In this document: positions 27,141 to 40,478 of the stretch, one piece after another
How positions within the stretch are numbered: the stretch's first letter is position 1
How the letters are laid out: every line of letters begins with the position of its first letter
NCBI RefSeq assembly: GCF_006345805.1
Contig: NC_043004.1
Location: 20,584,001-20,648,000, forward strand
DNA length: 64,000 bases
DNA from: Octopus sinensis
Lineage: Eukaryota
Direction: 5' to 3'
The notes under the pieces: generated by a model
The model's input: only the letters and a program-made list of their open reading frames with translations
The model's database searches: none
Told to the model about the DNA's origin: nothing
Program-made: the position numbers and the translations under genes

Positions 27141-29009
27141 AACGACACAGATGCATGCAAACACATAAGTGGGTGATAAAGACAAGGAACGATAGCATTT
27201 GGTAGATAAGTTTGGATTTTTTGTAGTAGTTGTAATAAAATTATTCTGAGAATGTTAGTTACTGGTATAGAATATTAGTTTTGCTTTTGATTATATCATT
27301 TTGTCATGATTGTACATGTACTTCTTCATGTTCATTCCAATTAGCCAAATTTGAAAACATGGTTAGCACTATTAATTTTAATAAAATATTCTTGTGAAAT
27401 TTTATGTACAAAACAGTTCTCAAAAAACATCATTTCCATGAAATAAAATTTTTGATTTATTTGTGAGAGTATGAATAAAAATAGCTATTTATGAAATATT
27501 AATGAACAAGAATGAATAACTTAGATTTTATGAATGACCATGAATGGCAAATATGTGAATATAAACCAATTTTAATTAAAATATAATGATGAATGTTTTT
27601 GATTATGCACAAACTTAAAATATTAATGTGCAATATGGCAACTTTTGGTCTTGTTACTGTTTCTTTTTTATCTTTTAACATTTATTTTGGTTTTCTAAAA
27701 TTATAGTAAACTGGAATATTATGACACATCTAATATTTTAATAGAATTTTACATAATATATATTAATATAGACATGATTTTAGATTTAGATGCTGGACAA
27801 CAATAGTCATGTTTCTTGTCTAAGAGGCTACCTATAATTTGTAATTTTTTGTCCTTTCATATATTGTTGCAATATAATGTTGATTCATCTAAATTTATTC
27901 CGACCCTTCATCCCTCAGTTCTGTAAAAGACCCCAAGGTATTGGTTAAAGATGATATATTGTATTCCTCATATAAACAACAAGTACATAATTTTCTTACA
28001 TTTAGTCACACAGACATAAAGTATATTCTTTTACTACAGTTTCTATCATTGAGCTATAGCCATGTTAAAGCACCATTGTTATTACAACTTTAAATCCATT
28101 TATCATGTTTTCATTGACAAGGCTGGTGTTGTTTAACCTCAAATTAGCTCTGATTGATCATTGATCAAAGTTACTGTCATTCTGTCTTTTAGTTTTAAGG
28201 CATAAAATACCTTGGTCTATGTCATCAAATGTACAATATTTTAAGGTAATTGTGTGTCACCTTTTGTTACTATTTCTGTCAGGTTAGGCAACTGCATTGA
28301 GGCTCCTTTACTGGCTCAGTTTTTAAAATAGTTTTATCAAAGTTAATTATTTAAATATTGTCAGAGCAATAAGTTTTAAAATAATTCCCTTTCTATAAAT
28401 AAACTATGAAGGAAAATACAGAACCTTTATCAGTGATGTATATAGCAGGAAGAAGTTATTTCTATTTTCCAAAAGAAAAATTGCATCAAAAGCTCAGATA
28501 CTCTGACTATTGTCTAAACAAATCATAGCAGCTGTATAAGAATAAATTCAATTTTATTACTTTTACAACTTTGCTACTGTGTCCCAAATACTCAAAGTTA
28601 ATTACATTAATTTTTTGTAAATCTGTGTGCCCATGTCAATGCCAGAAATCATGACAGTGGAATTATCAAAAAATCAAAAGTAGTTAAACATACTGCTCAT
28701 GTTATAATAATATATATAAAACACAGAGTCAAAGGCAATCCATTCATGACTGTCCTATCTTGCTGCATTTCTGAGACTTGGTGTGTATCATGGTATACTG
28801 TGATGTAATATTGTTAAATTCCAGGTCATTCCTGATCGAACAGACCCACAACCATCTCATCTCCTTAGGACTATGAAAGGTTATATTATCTGATACTTCT
28901 TTCTTTATCTAAGGGTGCAATTTGAGAGACATTTGTCTGTTATTTTTAACAATTTGAATGATTACACAGGGACTCACAAATTGCTTTCCTTTGCTACATC
29001 ATTATCCTC

Positions 29010-29200
29010 ATCATCATCATTTAACATCTGATTCCCATGCTGGCACAGGCTGATCAGTTTGATAGGAACTGTTAAGCCAGAGAACTGAACTAAGCTCTAA
29101 TATCAGATTTGGCATGATTTCTACAGCTGGATGCTATTCTTAATGACAACCACCTTATTAAGTGTACTGGGTGCTTTTTTCATGGCACCAGCACCAATGA
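29010..29200 (-). mobile_element. RTE 3'-terminus fragment
   Basis: (ATC)n followed by the reverse complement of the RTE terminal ~190 bp. Confidence 0.75.
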
Positions 29201-29789
29201 GGTCACCAAGTATGCTTCATGTCAAAAACTCCTCAACTGAGATGGGGAGTTGCATTGTGGGAGGTGGTTTTGTGCCAGGTGATGAGAAGCTAAACAATGA
29301 TAGAGGGACAGAAACAGGTGTCTTGCTGTAGAAGATATATTTGGTTACCACATTTAGAGCAGGAGGTAGAGAAGATAGTAGTGAAGATGTACCAGGACAT
29401 ACACTCAAGGTACAAGGAAGTGAATGTAAGTGGAGTGTTAGAGAGGACTGGACAGTGTGAGTAGGCATGAAGTTTATGAGAGTGGAAAAGGAGAGTGTGA
29501 GAGATGGGGGGAGAAAGGGAAGCATTGAGTGGTGAACACAGGTATATCAAGGAGTAGCAGGATAGCAATGATACAGTTGGTAGGCTGATGGCAGGAAAGA
29601 GAGAGATAACAAAATTGTGTTGGGCAGCAAGAGTAAGTGTGAGGAATAGACACCTTAGTGCATGTAGTTTGGTTTATTGGTGGGTGGTGAATTAATGTAA
29701 CATGTCGGAAAAGAACATAATATAAACAGGACTTCCAGAAATCAATTTTGCTGAGGTGAGTGGGTCTTCTCAAGAACATCATATCACCA

Positions 29790-30150
29790 GACATTTGAGT
29801 CTATTGTCATCTCTGTGGGGCTCAATATCTTGAGTTTAATCCTCACTATTTCATCTTATCTCTTCCTGGGTCTGCCTCTTCCATAGGTTTCATTCATTTT
29901 CAGCAATCGACTCTTCTTTGTTCATATGCATCACATCATCAAACCATTGTAGTCCTCTTTTGTATGTTACACCTGATTCTTCTTATGCCTGATATTTCTC
30001 TTAACACATTTGCACTTTGTCATACACACACATTGATGTTGCACATCCAGCATCCAGTGAACCTTACTTGATACATTACTCTGCAATTCAGAACACTTCA
30101 TGCTGTAAAACATTGGCAAATCTATTTTATGCTTCTCTCTTCACTGTGTA
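29790..30150 (-). mobile_element. Decayed RTE C-terminal ORF remnant
   Basis: Minus strand contains GGAAGAGGCAGACCCAGGAAG (GRGRPRK) and CTGGATGTGCAA..ATCAATGTG, colinear with 52990-53270. Confidence 0.75.
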
Positions 30151-31420
30151 AACATGTTACCAAGCTTCCCTTCTGATTATCCAATATAATTCTCTTCTAC
30201 CACTATTTTCTCAGTCTTTCCAGGCCTTTCCCTTTTTTTATAGTACAGTCTACCTCCTTGTTCCAAAACCTTGTCACCCTCAGTCTGGCTAGAACTTTGC
30301 ATTAGCCACAGACTTAGTTTGTAGTCAACAAGTATGTAAATTATTTAAAGTGAAACATAGATATGAATAGACAGAATTGCTTGATGGTATTTAGTTCAGT
30401 TCTATGTGCTCTGAATTCAAACCCTACTGAAGTCAACTATGCTTTTAAACATTTTAGGGTCAATAAGTAAAGTACCAGTCAAGGGTAGTGGATTGGTAAA
30501 ATGCATAGATTGTATGATGTTCCATAGTCGGGAGATATGTGTAATGTATACATGAGTAACATGGTACAGATTAGCTGTGAGAAAAGTGAATACAACCGAA
30601 ATCAAATGTAGTGTGCAAAAGACAAAGCTGTGCTGTTATTAACATCTAATGTGTATGGAGGATAACTTGAAGAAAGAAGCACTAGGAATCTGTGAAAGAG
30701 GAAGATTATCAAGGAAGACATGGGCACAAGTGGTAAAAGCTGATGTCGAGATGTTGAATTTGATAAAGGAGATTACAAATGAATACAATAAATGGTGAGA
30801 TGCTGTACTGCAAAGGGCTCTTCCAGCTCATACAAGCATAGTAAAGTTAACGTAAAAATGAAGATAATAGTGTGTGTGTGTGTGTGTGTGTGTGTACATG
30901 CGTGCACATGTGCAAATGCAGATAGACAAATAGATTGATAAATACTCTTTTTGGACATTCTCTAAAATTTAATTGTATTAATCTGTGTCTAACCTCAGTT
31001 AATTCCTTTCAATTTGAACATTGAATTATCTGATCAGTTTAGAATTAGTAAAAGGATGAAATGGGTAAATTTCTAGTTAGTTTATTATTATATTTAGTCA
31101 ATGTTGGGGTGAATAGTTAACTACCATATGCCATACTGAATTAATGAGCTAAATATAAAATGTTCTAATCAATTCAAATTATACCTTTAATGCTAACAAA
31201 TATATCATTAGTGTTAACGATAAAGCTTGTCAAAAAAGACATGTGAGATCGCTTGTAAAACTAAATTAATTACTAATTAAATAGTGACATGCAGCGAAAA
31301 GTGGCCTGGTGCTTGATGAGTACACTGTTAGTTCTGAAGATATTTCAGTCTAATTAGATCTCCTCAGTGAAGAATTTTATTACTGCTATCTACCATGTCT
31401 TCAGACTATGTGAATGTATA

Positions 31421-32686
31421 CAGGGGTTAGACAAAATAAGAGAAACACTTAGCATCATAATTGTGAAATATCTATAAAACCGTCAAAATCGTGTTTATTT
31501 TTATGTCTTTTGATTTATTATTAGTGTTGCTTAATATGTTTTGCTAAAATTGCTGTTTCTTTTCTGATATCATCAGAAAAAGATAATTAAAATTCATTAA
31601 AATGACAGATCTATAGGACTTTCAAAGTGGTCAAATTGTTGATGCTAGTATGGCAGGTGCTAGTGTAATGAAAACAGCTGAAATGTTTGGTGTATCAAGA
31701 AGTACTGTCTCGAAAATAATGACAGCCTTTGAGAAAGAAGGAAAAACCTCCTTGTCAAAACAAAGCTCTGGAAGAAAACCAAAACTTTCAGATAGGGACC
31801 GTTGGACACTTACACTAATTGTTAGAAAGGATCACAAAAGTACAGCTCCCAAAATTATTGCAGAGCATAATGACCACCTTGAGAACTCAGCTTCCACAAA
31901 ATCTGTTTGCTGAGAGCTGTACAAAGCCAGATTTCATGGGAGGACTGCAATCAGAAAACCACTACTTTCAAAAACAAACATTACAAAGTGATTAGAGTGG
32001 AGTAAAAACCTACAGAATTGGTTCCTAGAGCACTGGAAGAATGTTATTTTCTTGAACAAGTCTTCCTTTACCCAATTTCTGACCACCAGCTGAGTATACA
32101 TATGGAGACAGCCAAAAGAAGCATTTGACCCAGACTACCTTCTTCCAACTGTTAAACATGAAGGAGGATCTGTAATGATCGGGGTGGGGGGACTATATCA
32201 TGGAAATCCGCTGGCCCAATGGTTTCCCTTCATGGCAGATTTAATAGTCAAAACTATTTAAGTATTTTATCTGCTCAACTTCATCCTATGATTGTGGAAC
32301 TGTTTCTACAGGAAAATACAATCTTTCAGGATGATAATGCACCAATTCACACAGCTAAAGTTATTACTGAATGGCACGAGGAACATTCTAGTGAAGTTGA
32401 TCATCTTATCTGGCCACCACAATCCCCAGATCTCAATATTATTGAACATTTATGGTGCATTTTAGAAAAACAAGGTGTTGATATCCCCCACCATCATTAC
32501 TAAAAAAAATGGAGACTGTTTTAGCTGAAGAATGGACAAAAATTCCTTTGGAAATAATTCAAACTGTGTACGAGTCCATACCTCATAGAATTCAAGCTGT
32601 ACTTACTGCCAAAGGTGGTCCTACCCTATATTTAAATAAATTTGTTTAAAATTTTAAGGTATTTCCATTATTTTGTCCAACCCTTG
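31421..32686 (+). mobile_element. Full-length non-functional Tc1-like DNA transposon, DD36E spacing
   Basis: TA on both sides (31419-20, 32687-88); imperfect ~28-bp TIRs CAGGGGTTAGACAAAATAA / TTATTTTGTCCAACCCTTG; transposase pseudogene ~31602-32636 with HTH region (GASVMKTAEMFGVSRSTVSK), FQDDNAPIH and WPPQSPDLNIIE; several stops and frameshifts. Confidence 0.95.
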
Positions 32687-34943
32687 TAGATAGTTAATGA
32701 AAAAGATATTTACAGATTAAGAAATTTAAAATGAAATGAAAGATTTCTCCAGGCTTACTTTCTGCTTAAATAGCACAGTTCTTGTTGATGTTGGTAGGTT
32801 CTTTAATGTAGCAAATGTATTGTTATTATTGATGTAAAACTTGAGGTAAACACTGATTGAGTAGGTGTATGATTAAAGGTATTCTGATTATCACCATTCC
32901 TTTTTTTAAGGCTTACTGTATCTAGAGTATATCATCCATTGTGTTTTTCAATTATCTTTTAAAGTATGATTTAGCTGCTATTTATTTATGGCAGGTTGAG
33001 TGATCAAGTTAAAACTTATCTTTCCTATGTTGATTGACTAAAATAATGCAATATGCCACATCTAAGTTTCCTTAGAATACAAGAATTGTGAACACTTGAT
33101 TTGTGGATCTACTGTTTATTGACATGTTAACAAACAGACAGTTGATTATTAGAATCAGTAGAGCACCAAACAAAACTGCTGTGATATTTATTCCATCTAT
33201 GTTCTCAGTCTAAATCTATGCATTAACTGCAGCTTGTCTTTCTGAGATTGATAAAATAAAGTATCAATTATGTACTGTGTTCAACAGATACTGGAGTCTC
33301 CCAGCTTTTCTTTCAAACAAGATACTATAGATGAGACTCCTGCATGATCAATCTTGTTGCTGCATGTGCATTAAGGGCCAATAAGGATATAACACCAATG
33401 ACCTCAGCTCCAGTCATGTTCTGAGAAGAATATTCTAGTAAGGAGCAATGAACCAAAGCGCTATAATCTTTGAGAGATATTCTGTCTGATAGAATAAGAT
33501 GTTAAGCATTCAGTGATAATATTTCTAATCAATTCTACATGAAAATGTAAATATATAAATTAAGAAGGGCCACATAAAAAGTTGCTTCAAACAAATTTTT
33601 CACAACTATTCTAACATGGATCAAAACATTAAAACAACATTTTATAACAGAAATTGCAAACATCCATTGTGTAGCTCATATTCCTTTCCATTGGAATAAT
33701 TTGGAGACAAAATTGCTGTAAAATAGCTGTTAATAGCTCTAAATATCAAATATTTACTCCATTTCTCAATGTCATTATAACAGCAAGGCAAAAACTATAA
33801 TTGCTGGCATAATTATAAGAGCTCTTTAAAAATATTAGCAAACTGTTTTAATTTAATATTCTTCCAATATTTAAAATGGTTGACTTTCAACTGGTTAAAT
33901 GTTGACAACTCGACAACTTCCCTGAGAAGCAAATTTCACTTTTCATAATGAACAAGCTTTGTTACCTGCATGGTTTCTAATTATTTATAAAATATTGAAT
34001 TGTACTTAATATCTAATTGTAATTAAAGTATTTTCAAAAAACAAAAACAAAAACAAAACACTTCTGTAACTCCCTGGAGGTTGTTTTTAATATTTCAAAC
34101 CTCTCTTATTAGAAAATGTTATGTCTAAAGCTATACAAAATTACACAAAATTATATGTACTTCAAAAAGATTTTGTATTTGAATGAAATAATTTTCCTGC
34201 ATATTTATTCTGTATTGTATTTGATATTAAACATACAATGTTTAAAACAGAAGTTTTTTCTTTTAATGTAAATATTCCAACATAAAATGTTATATAAAAT
34301 TTCTCATAAAGAAACATGAATCAAATTTCATAAGGACATTATTATATCTTCTGAATAGATATTAGAGAGAATTCTCTATTGCTTCTAAGCTTAAAGCATT
34401 GTTAGTGTTCTTACTATTGTCTTGTAAAATAAGTCTGTTATATATTTTCATTTTAAGCACTAAGGGCAGCTATCTCTGTATAATAGTTGCCACTATGTAT
34501 GGTTATTTGGTTGCTTGCTCACTTGCTTTCTCCAGCTTTGCTTTACATCACATTGAGAGAAAAGGAAAGAAAGTAAAAGAGGTATTCAGGAAGAGTGAAC
34601 ATGCAAGGTTTGCTGGCAGGCAATGAGTAAAGGAATACATACAAACTACAAACACATAGTGAGAGTGAGAGAGAAAGAACCATAGAGGCAGAGGAAGTGA
34701 GGGAGTAAATGACTGAGTAGCTATGGGAAAGATTACAAAAGCGAGAAATTCATTTCATTTTAAGGTAATATTTTTTATTTTGTATAAGAACCAATAAATT
34801 TTATAAAAATCAAATTATAACCATTGTTTGTATGCCATAATTCCTGATATTACGTATGGTAGCAAAAAGTATACTTTCAAATTTGAATATCATGTGATGG
34901 TGAAAACTTGTGCGCACAAACACATACATGCATATTTCTCTCA

Positions 34944-34998
<55 letters not shown>

Positions 34999-35924
34999 AT
35001 GCATATATATGGAATAAACAGACAAAAGGGATTCAGGAAATCTGAGCAAATACCTCAGTATTCTATGCAGAATTCTGGCTAACAGGATGTACAGAGAGGA
35101 AGAATCAACCACCTAACTGAAGAAATGTTTATGCATAATGAAAATCCAGGAAATACACCAATTATAAGAATAGTGCATCTATTGCAGGATATAAAATAAA
35201 ATTATCAAAGGAATAAGAGAAGCAGTATTATATTTATTAATTGTTCATGATGTTTTGATAACTGGTTACAATGTTGCTTCAATCAACATGCTGGATCATA
35301 CATATGAAATTAGGAATCCATTTATTATTCAATGAAAATACTACTAATCATCTGCCTGTAGCTATAAACAAAAGTACACACACACACACACATACACACT
35401 AGAAATATTTATCTCCTATGTTCAAAAGCAAAATTTGTTTTCTTCATGTGTGTATGTGTGTGTGTGTACAACAATAAGGATACAAAATTATGTTTACACA
35501 TAAAGTTTTAATGTGAAAATATTAGTGTCTGTTTTTACAAAGTGAATTTTGAGAATCACATTTTAATGAAAAGTTTTCATGTAATCAGAAATTTTTTTTT
35601 ATATATTATAAGTGCATGGTTTAACCAAAAAAACTTTACGGGAAAAGAAGAAATTGCATTTTACTAACTGGTTTACGCAGTTACCAGCTTTTCAAAAGTT
35701 TAAAGTATATTCTTTACAGGAAATTTTAGCCTATGTAATGGAAGAAACATATGAGATTGAATTTGATTTGAAATGTCGCTTAATACAAGGGATGTAACTG
35801 TTATTTTGTGTATGTTATGTTGCTTGTGTCCTTTTGATAAGGACATATATTGCTAATTATCGTGTTGAGTCAAAAAGTTTGCAATATTTTAAAACTTATT
35901 TGCTTTATTCATCAAGTTACAACA

Positions 35925-36110
35925 AAAGCAGCTTAGCATTCAAAACAGAGACCATTATGTTGCACCAGCTGAAGCCACCTTTCTGCCAATTTTTTGATCC
36001 TACACTGATACAAGGTGAAGAAATTCTTCACTGAAGTTTTGACCTCCTCTTGGTTGATGAAGCATTGCAAGCACAGGAAGTGTATTGGGTTGTTGGGGTT
36101 GATGTAAACA
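35925..36110 (-). mobile_element. mariner transposase C-terminal remnant
   Basis: Minus-strand translation EVKTSVKNFF..YQCRIKKLAERWLQLVQHNGLCFEC* resembles the mariner C-terminus (GIxKLxERWxKxxxxxGxYFE). Confidence 0.65.
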
Positions 36111-36166
36111 ATTAAGCCCTTCCATCAAATTTCAGGCCTAGTAACTGTGTTAGAAACCCTTGTTGA

Positions 36167-36475
36167 TATTCCAAAGAAGAAACTCTGTAGTGAACTGAAT
36201 GTGAGAGTTTACGTTGAAGAGATTCTGAAATTGGTTTAGCTTGTCAATAGTTTCTCTCCATAAAATGAAACATTCAGCTAGAAATCTCTTCCAGTTTGCT
36301 TTCAAATAGAAGCTGAATTCATCTTCAAATATTTGTAAGGATTTTTCATATATTTTCAGTTCATGATATCCCATAATTATATGTTCGTGAAACTTTGTTT
36401 GTATGGTCACGCCTGACATTTACCAGTAGGCTGTGTTGTTGAACACAATGAAGTTGTTTTCTAAAATGAACTGGT
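36167..36475 (-). mobile_element. Penelope-like element reverse transcriptase fragment
   Basis: FILENNFIVFNNTAYW*MSGVTIQTKF...IMGYHELKIYE...WKRFLAECFILW...HIQFTTE matches PLE RT motifs (ILENNYF..Y.Q..GTAMG; LxMGYxE; WxRYxDDxFIxW; IxFTxE). Confidence 0.85.
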
Positions 36476-36694
36476 GTCTATCTAAAATAAATTTTTTATC
36501 TTTACAATTTGATATTTCATAAGAAAATGAGTTGAGCTAGCATTTTATTGTTATGGTTCCATAATTATGTGGAATGCTGCTATATAGTTTCACAGCATAC
36601 AAATTTTACACTAAAAGTATGTTCATTCATTGTACATGACAAGACGTGCCAAGCTAAGTAAAATCAGTCTCCCACACATACAGGCTTGTCCTTT

Positions 36695-36970
36695 CTGGTT
36701 CCGGTGCCACTTAAAAAGCACCTGCGCTGGTGCTGCATTAATGCACATGTGCTGGTGCTGCATAAACACACCCATGCCAGTGGCATGTAAAAAGTACCCA
36801 GCACACTCTGTTAAGTGGTTGGTATTAGGAAGGGCATCCAGCCATAGAAACTATGCCCAAGAGACAGCTGGAGTCTGAACAGCTCTCAGCTAGCCAGCTC
36901 CACATCAAACTTCTAACCCATGCCAGCATGGAAAGTAGACGTTAAACGACGATAATGATGACAATGATGA
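36695..36970 (+). mobile_element. RTE 3'-terminus fragment
   Basis: GGCATGTAAAAAGTACCCA...GGAAGGGCATCCAGCCATAGAAAC...AACCCATGCCAGCATGGAAA..GACGTTAAACGACGAT tail. Confidence 0.8.
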
Positions 36971-39529
36971 TGTACAAAGAAGATGGCTGAATATGTTGAG
37001 ATCATCTTGTACAAAGCTCTTTATGTGCCTGGGGAAAGGCTTTAGCAAAAAGTCTGGGAAGCGACTTAAGCAATGTGTTTCACAAGACAAGCCTGCTACA
37101 ATGGATTTCAATTTAAAATCCAATGGTGGTGGATTGGTCTTTGCTTATTAACATGTCTCATTTATTAGTTTGTTCTTTTATATATATTAGATAATACATA
37201 GAAATTGCTTGTTCAGTATTTGAAGTTTGTAAGGTAATCCAGTTCTTTATCAGTTAAGTAATTTCCATAAGGATATAGTAAATAATTAAAGAATTTTTAT
37301 AAGTTTGTAAATTTTGCTTCTTCATTGTATGTATTGTCTTGTAGTATATTTAATACAATATTCACGTGATATTTCATATCCTTAATAACAATTGAGCCTT
37401 CTTTGTTGGCTTCCTTAGTAATTATATATTTGGTAAATAGAAAATCTGTTCGGTGAATCCATTGTTGTTTATGAAAATTAGATTTTATTTGCTTTGTTTA
37501 CTAGTTTTCTATAGGCAAGTTTGAAGTATGTTCACAAAATTCATTAAGAGTTATATTTCTTCCTCTTTAAGGATAGAATTTGCTTTTTATTCAGCTAATC
37601 TAAGTTTTCTGTAGAACTCTGCATTGTCATCGGGGATAGATTTGATTTTGAGGTTGATGTAGAATTTAATCCTTTGCTGTGTAAAAAGGTTAATTTTTTT
37701 TGTGAAAGATTAGTTATGTGTGTGTGTGTGTGTGTGTGACTGGAATCCATCTTGTGTCCCAGTGTTTCTGATTTATGTTTAAAAACCATTATTAGAACGA
37801 GGATTATCTGCAATTTTCATGTTACTGCTGCTTCTTAAATTGTTCACAATAGAAACAGAGTGTCTAAAGCAACTGCCATTAAAAACTCACTAAAAATATG
37901 CAGAACACTCAAGTGTGTCAACTCTCAGGCTTGAATTTTTTCCAAAAACCTCGAATGCTTTTTTCACTTGGTGTTTGTGCAGAATTTCCAATGTTGTCTG
38001 AATTAATGATTGAGAACCTTCCACCATTTGTTACAATATATTCGTGCAAATCAGTATTTCTAATGTTGACCGGAATTAAATAAAAAAAGAAATATATATA
38101 TTATTAAAAACACATTAAATTGCCTTGATACTAATATTGACAAACATTAAACCAAGATTCGATTTATTGTACAAAAATAAACAAATACAACTTTTCTACT
38201 AAGCCTCTTTTTTTCTGTTTGTAATAAAATTATCTAATAATTGAGAAATAATAGTTGTAGAATTCATGGAGTATTCATGAAAAAAGTCACTGTAACATTT
38301 GTTCAAGCACTTTGCATTCTGAGTTCAAATCCTGCTGACATCAATTTTACCTATCATCCCACTGAGTTTTTGATAAAATAAAGCATGAATCAAGTACTGG
38401 GATTGATAGTGTTGTCTAAGCCCTTCTTCTTAGGCTTGCTAACCTTATGCCTACAGTAGAAACTATTATTTCTGTAAAAAGAAAAGAAATTAGAAGAGCT
38501 GTGATGATTTTTGGCATTTTTTACTTGAGAGAAAAATAATTTTCTTTTATATATTTCTATTAACACTACATTTGATTTTTCTTCTCAAGAAACATGGCTG
38601 ATAGATAATTTTTTTCTATTTTGTTTTTTAAAGATGATTTTGTAATTTTTTCTCATCATTTTTAAACTAATTTTTTTTTTGTATATATTTATATTAACAG
38701 TGTTGATTTTGAATTTGATCTTTTAAAACTCAGTAGCCATTGCTGATTCTTTTTAATATTAATTCTCATGTGAAAAAAACTAATTATTTTTTTTTTTTGG
38801 GAAACAAACAGCATAATTATATTTGTTAAATATATGTGAGTAATTTTCTTTTATTCCGCATCACTTATCTCACAAATGTAAATAAAAAAAAACTATACAA
38901 TTTAGTTTCCTTAAAAGAATAAACGATATGTAGTTTAAGACTTTTTGCAAAACAAAATAGAGTTGTCTCAAGGGTGGCGTTTTCTCTAAAGGAAAGTTTT
39001 GTAAGCACTTTGTAAATTAAACAGTTTCATGTTATTTTATAGCAGAAATTAATATTTCCACTATGAAACGCAGAAATAGTGATATGGTTGATTTTAGCAA
39101 AAATGTGTCAAATCACCGCAGGCAGAAAAGAACCATGACTTTCTTATTCATAAAATATAGGGAGGTGGAGCATGGTAAATTTCTTTTAAAAATGGAACTG
39201 TGATCTAACAACTTTAGGAAAGCTGAGCCAAACATGCCAATAATTTTCTCAAGAGCAAAAACTGCAACTAACTGCTCAAACAGTATCAATTATCAAAATC
39301 AAAGAGAAGGATGAGGAATGTTGCAAGACAGCATGGCATGGATTGAATATTGGAAATAGTTGTTAACAAAACATATCATAAGTGTGATTTTATGGGTCTG
39401 AGAGGCTGTCATTGTAACCCCCTAATCTTCTTGAGAGAGCGAGATTTGCTATAAATATGGTTTAACCTTTAGCACACTGTAGGTGCACCCTGTCACCATT
39501 TGAGTTTTCTCACCTGTAGCAACAGGGCA

Positions 39530-40478
39530 GTGGCAGGGGAAACAATCCAAGAGTAAATATTTGTAGTCTATAAATACATGAGTTGTTTATAAATGATTTA
39601 TCAGGATCAAAATAGTTCAAAAGAAACATACAGAGATTCAAAAGCGCTACGGTTATTGTGTAGTATAAAAGTAAACATTGGTTCTTTTGCTTAAGGAATT
39701 TCCATTTACAGAATTCATAAAATTGTTTTCAGAACTCTAGGAAACTGTGTTACTGGTGCATCATGATGTTTTTATGATTCTGAAGTGTAAATTTGACAGG
39801 CTATGCAGAGATTAGCAGCAGATAGTGGAGAAAATTTCAATGCTGTTATTTTCCACATACTTCATTCAGCTGCAATTTCAACACGTTTGCACTCATTCCT
39901 CTCTATTCAAGAGCAAATTGATGCTGATGCAATACCTGAAAATGTTATATGCTTACAAAGGCCAGATTATGAACACTCCAGAAGGTACAACTTGTCTACA
40001 TGCAATGATGTAGCTGTATTCATACATGTTAATAACGAGGAATCTCATCAAACTGGAAGAATGTTAGCAAACAAGCTATGAGAAGTAAACAAGCAGCAAA
40101 ATCTTCAAATATTTAGCAATTTTCATCAGGCCTATGACTCCACTATGTTTTCATACATTTTTTTCTCTCTGGTGGCTTAGAATAGATGCAACCCTATGTA
40201 CAAAAACCAAAGAAGGAATAGAAGACAAACTGGTCTTTAATTATATTCTGTTTTGGGGTAATGAAGAAGCTGATTTGGATAATAAACTGCATCATGTAAA
40301 CTGTTTATTCCAACAGTTTCATTGTGACCAATTTGCCAAAGTCCAAGTATACTCATTTGCAGCATATTCAGACCAATCGACATGGCAATTCATTACAGGG
40401 AATAGTGATTGGAATGGTAGAAAATATGTTCTCCCAAACACATTAATTGGTAGTCCAAGATATATGGTGCTGCACTAG
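39530..40478 (+). mobile_element. Helitron Rep (RepHel N-terminal) pseudogene fragment
   Basis: Motifs QRPDYEHSRRYNLSTCNDVAV (cf. EHxRRYNxPTxxEVA), AYD/PL, LFQQFHCDQFAKV (cf. LFQQFxVDxYAKI) and GRKYVLPNTLIGSPRYM (cf. GKxxILPSSFxGSPRYM), in the expected order. Confidence 0.85.
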
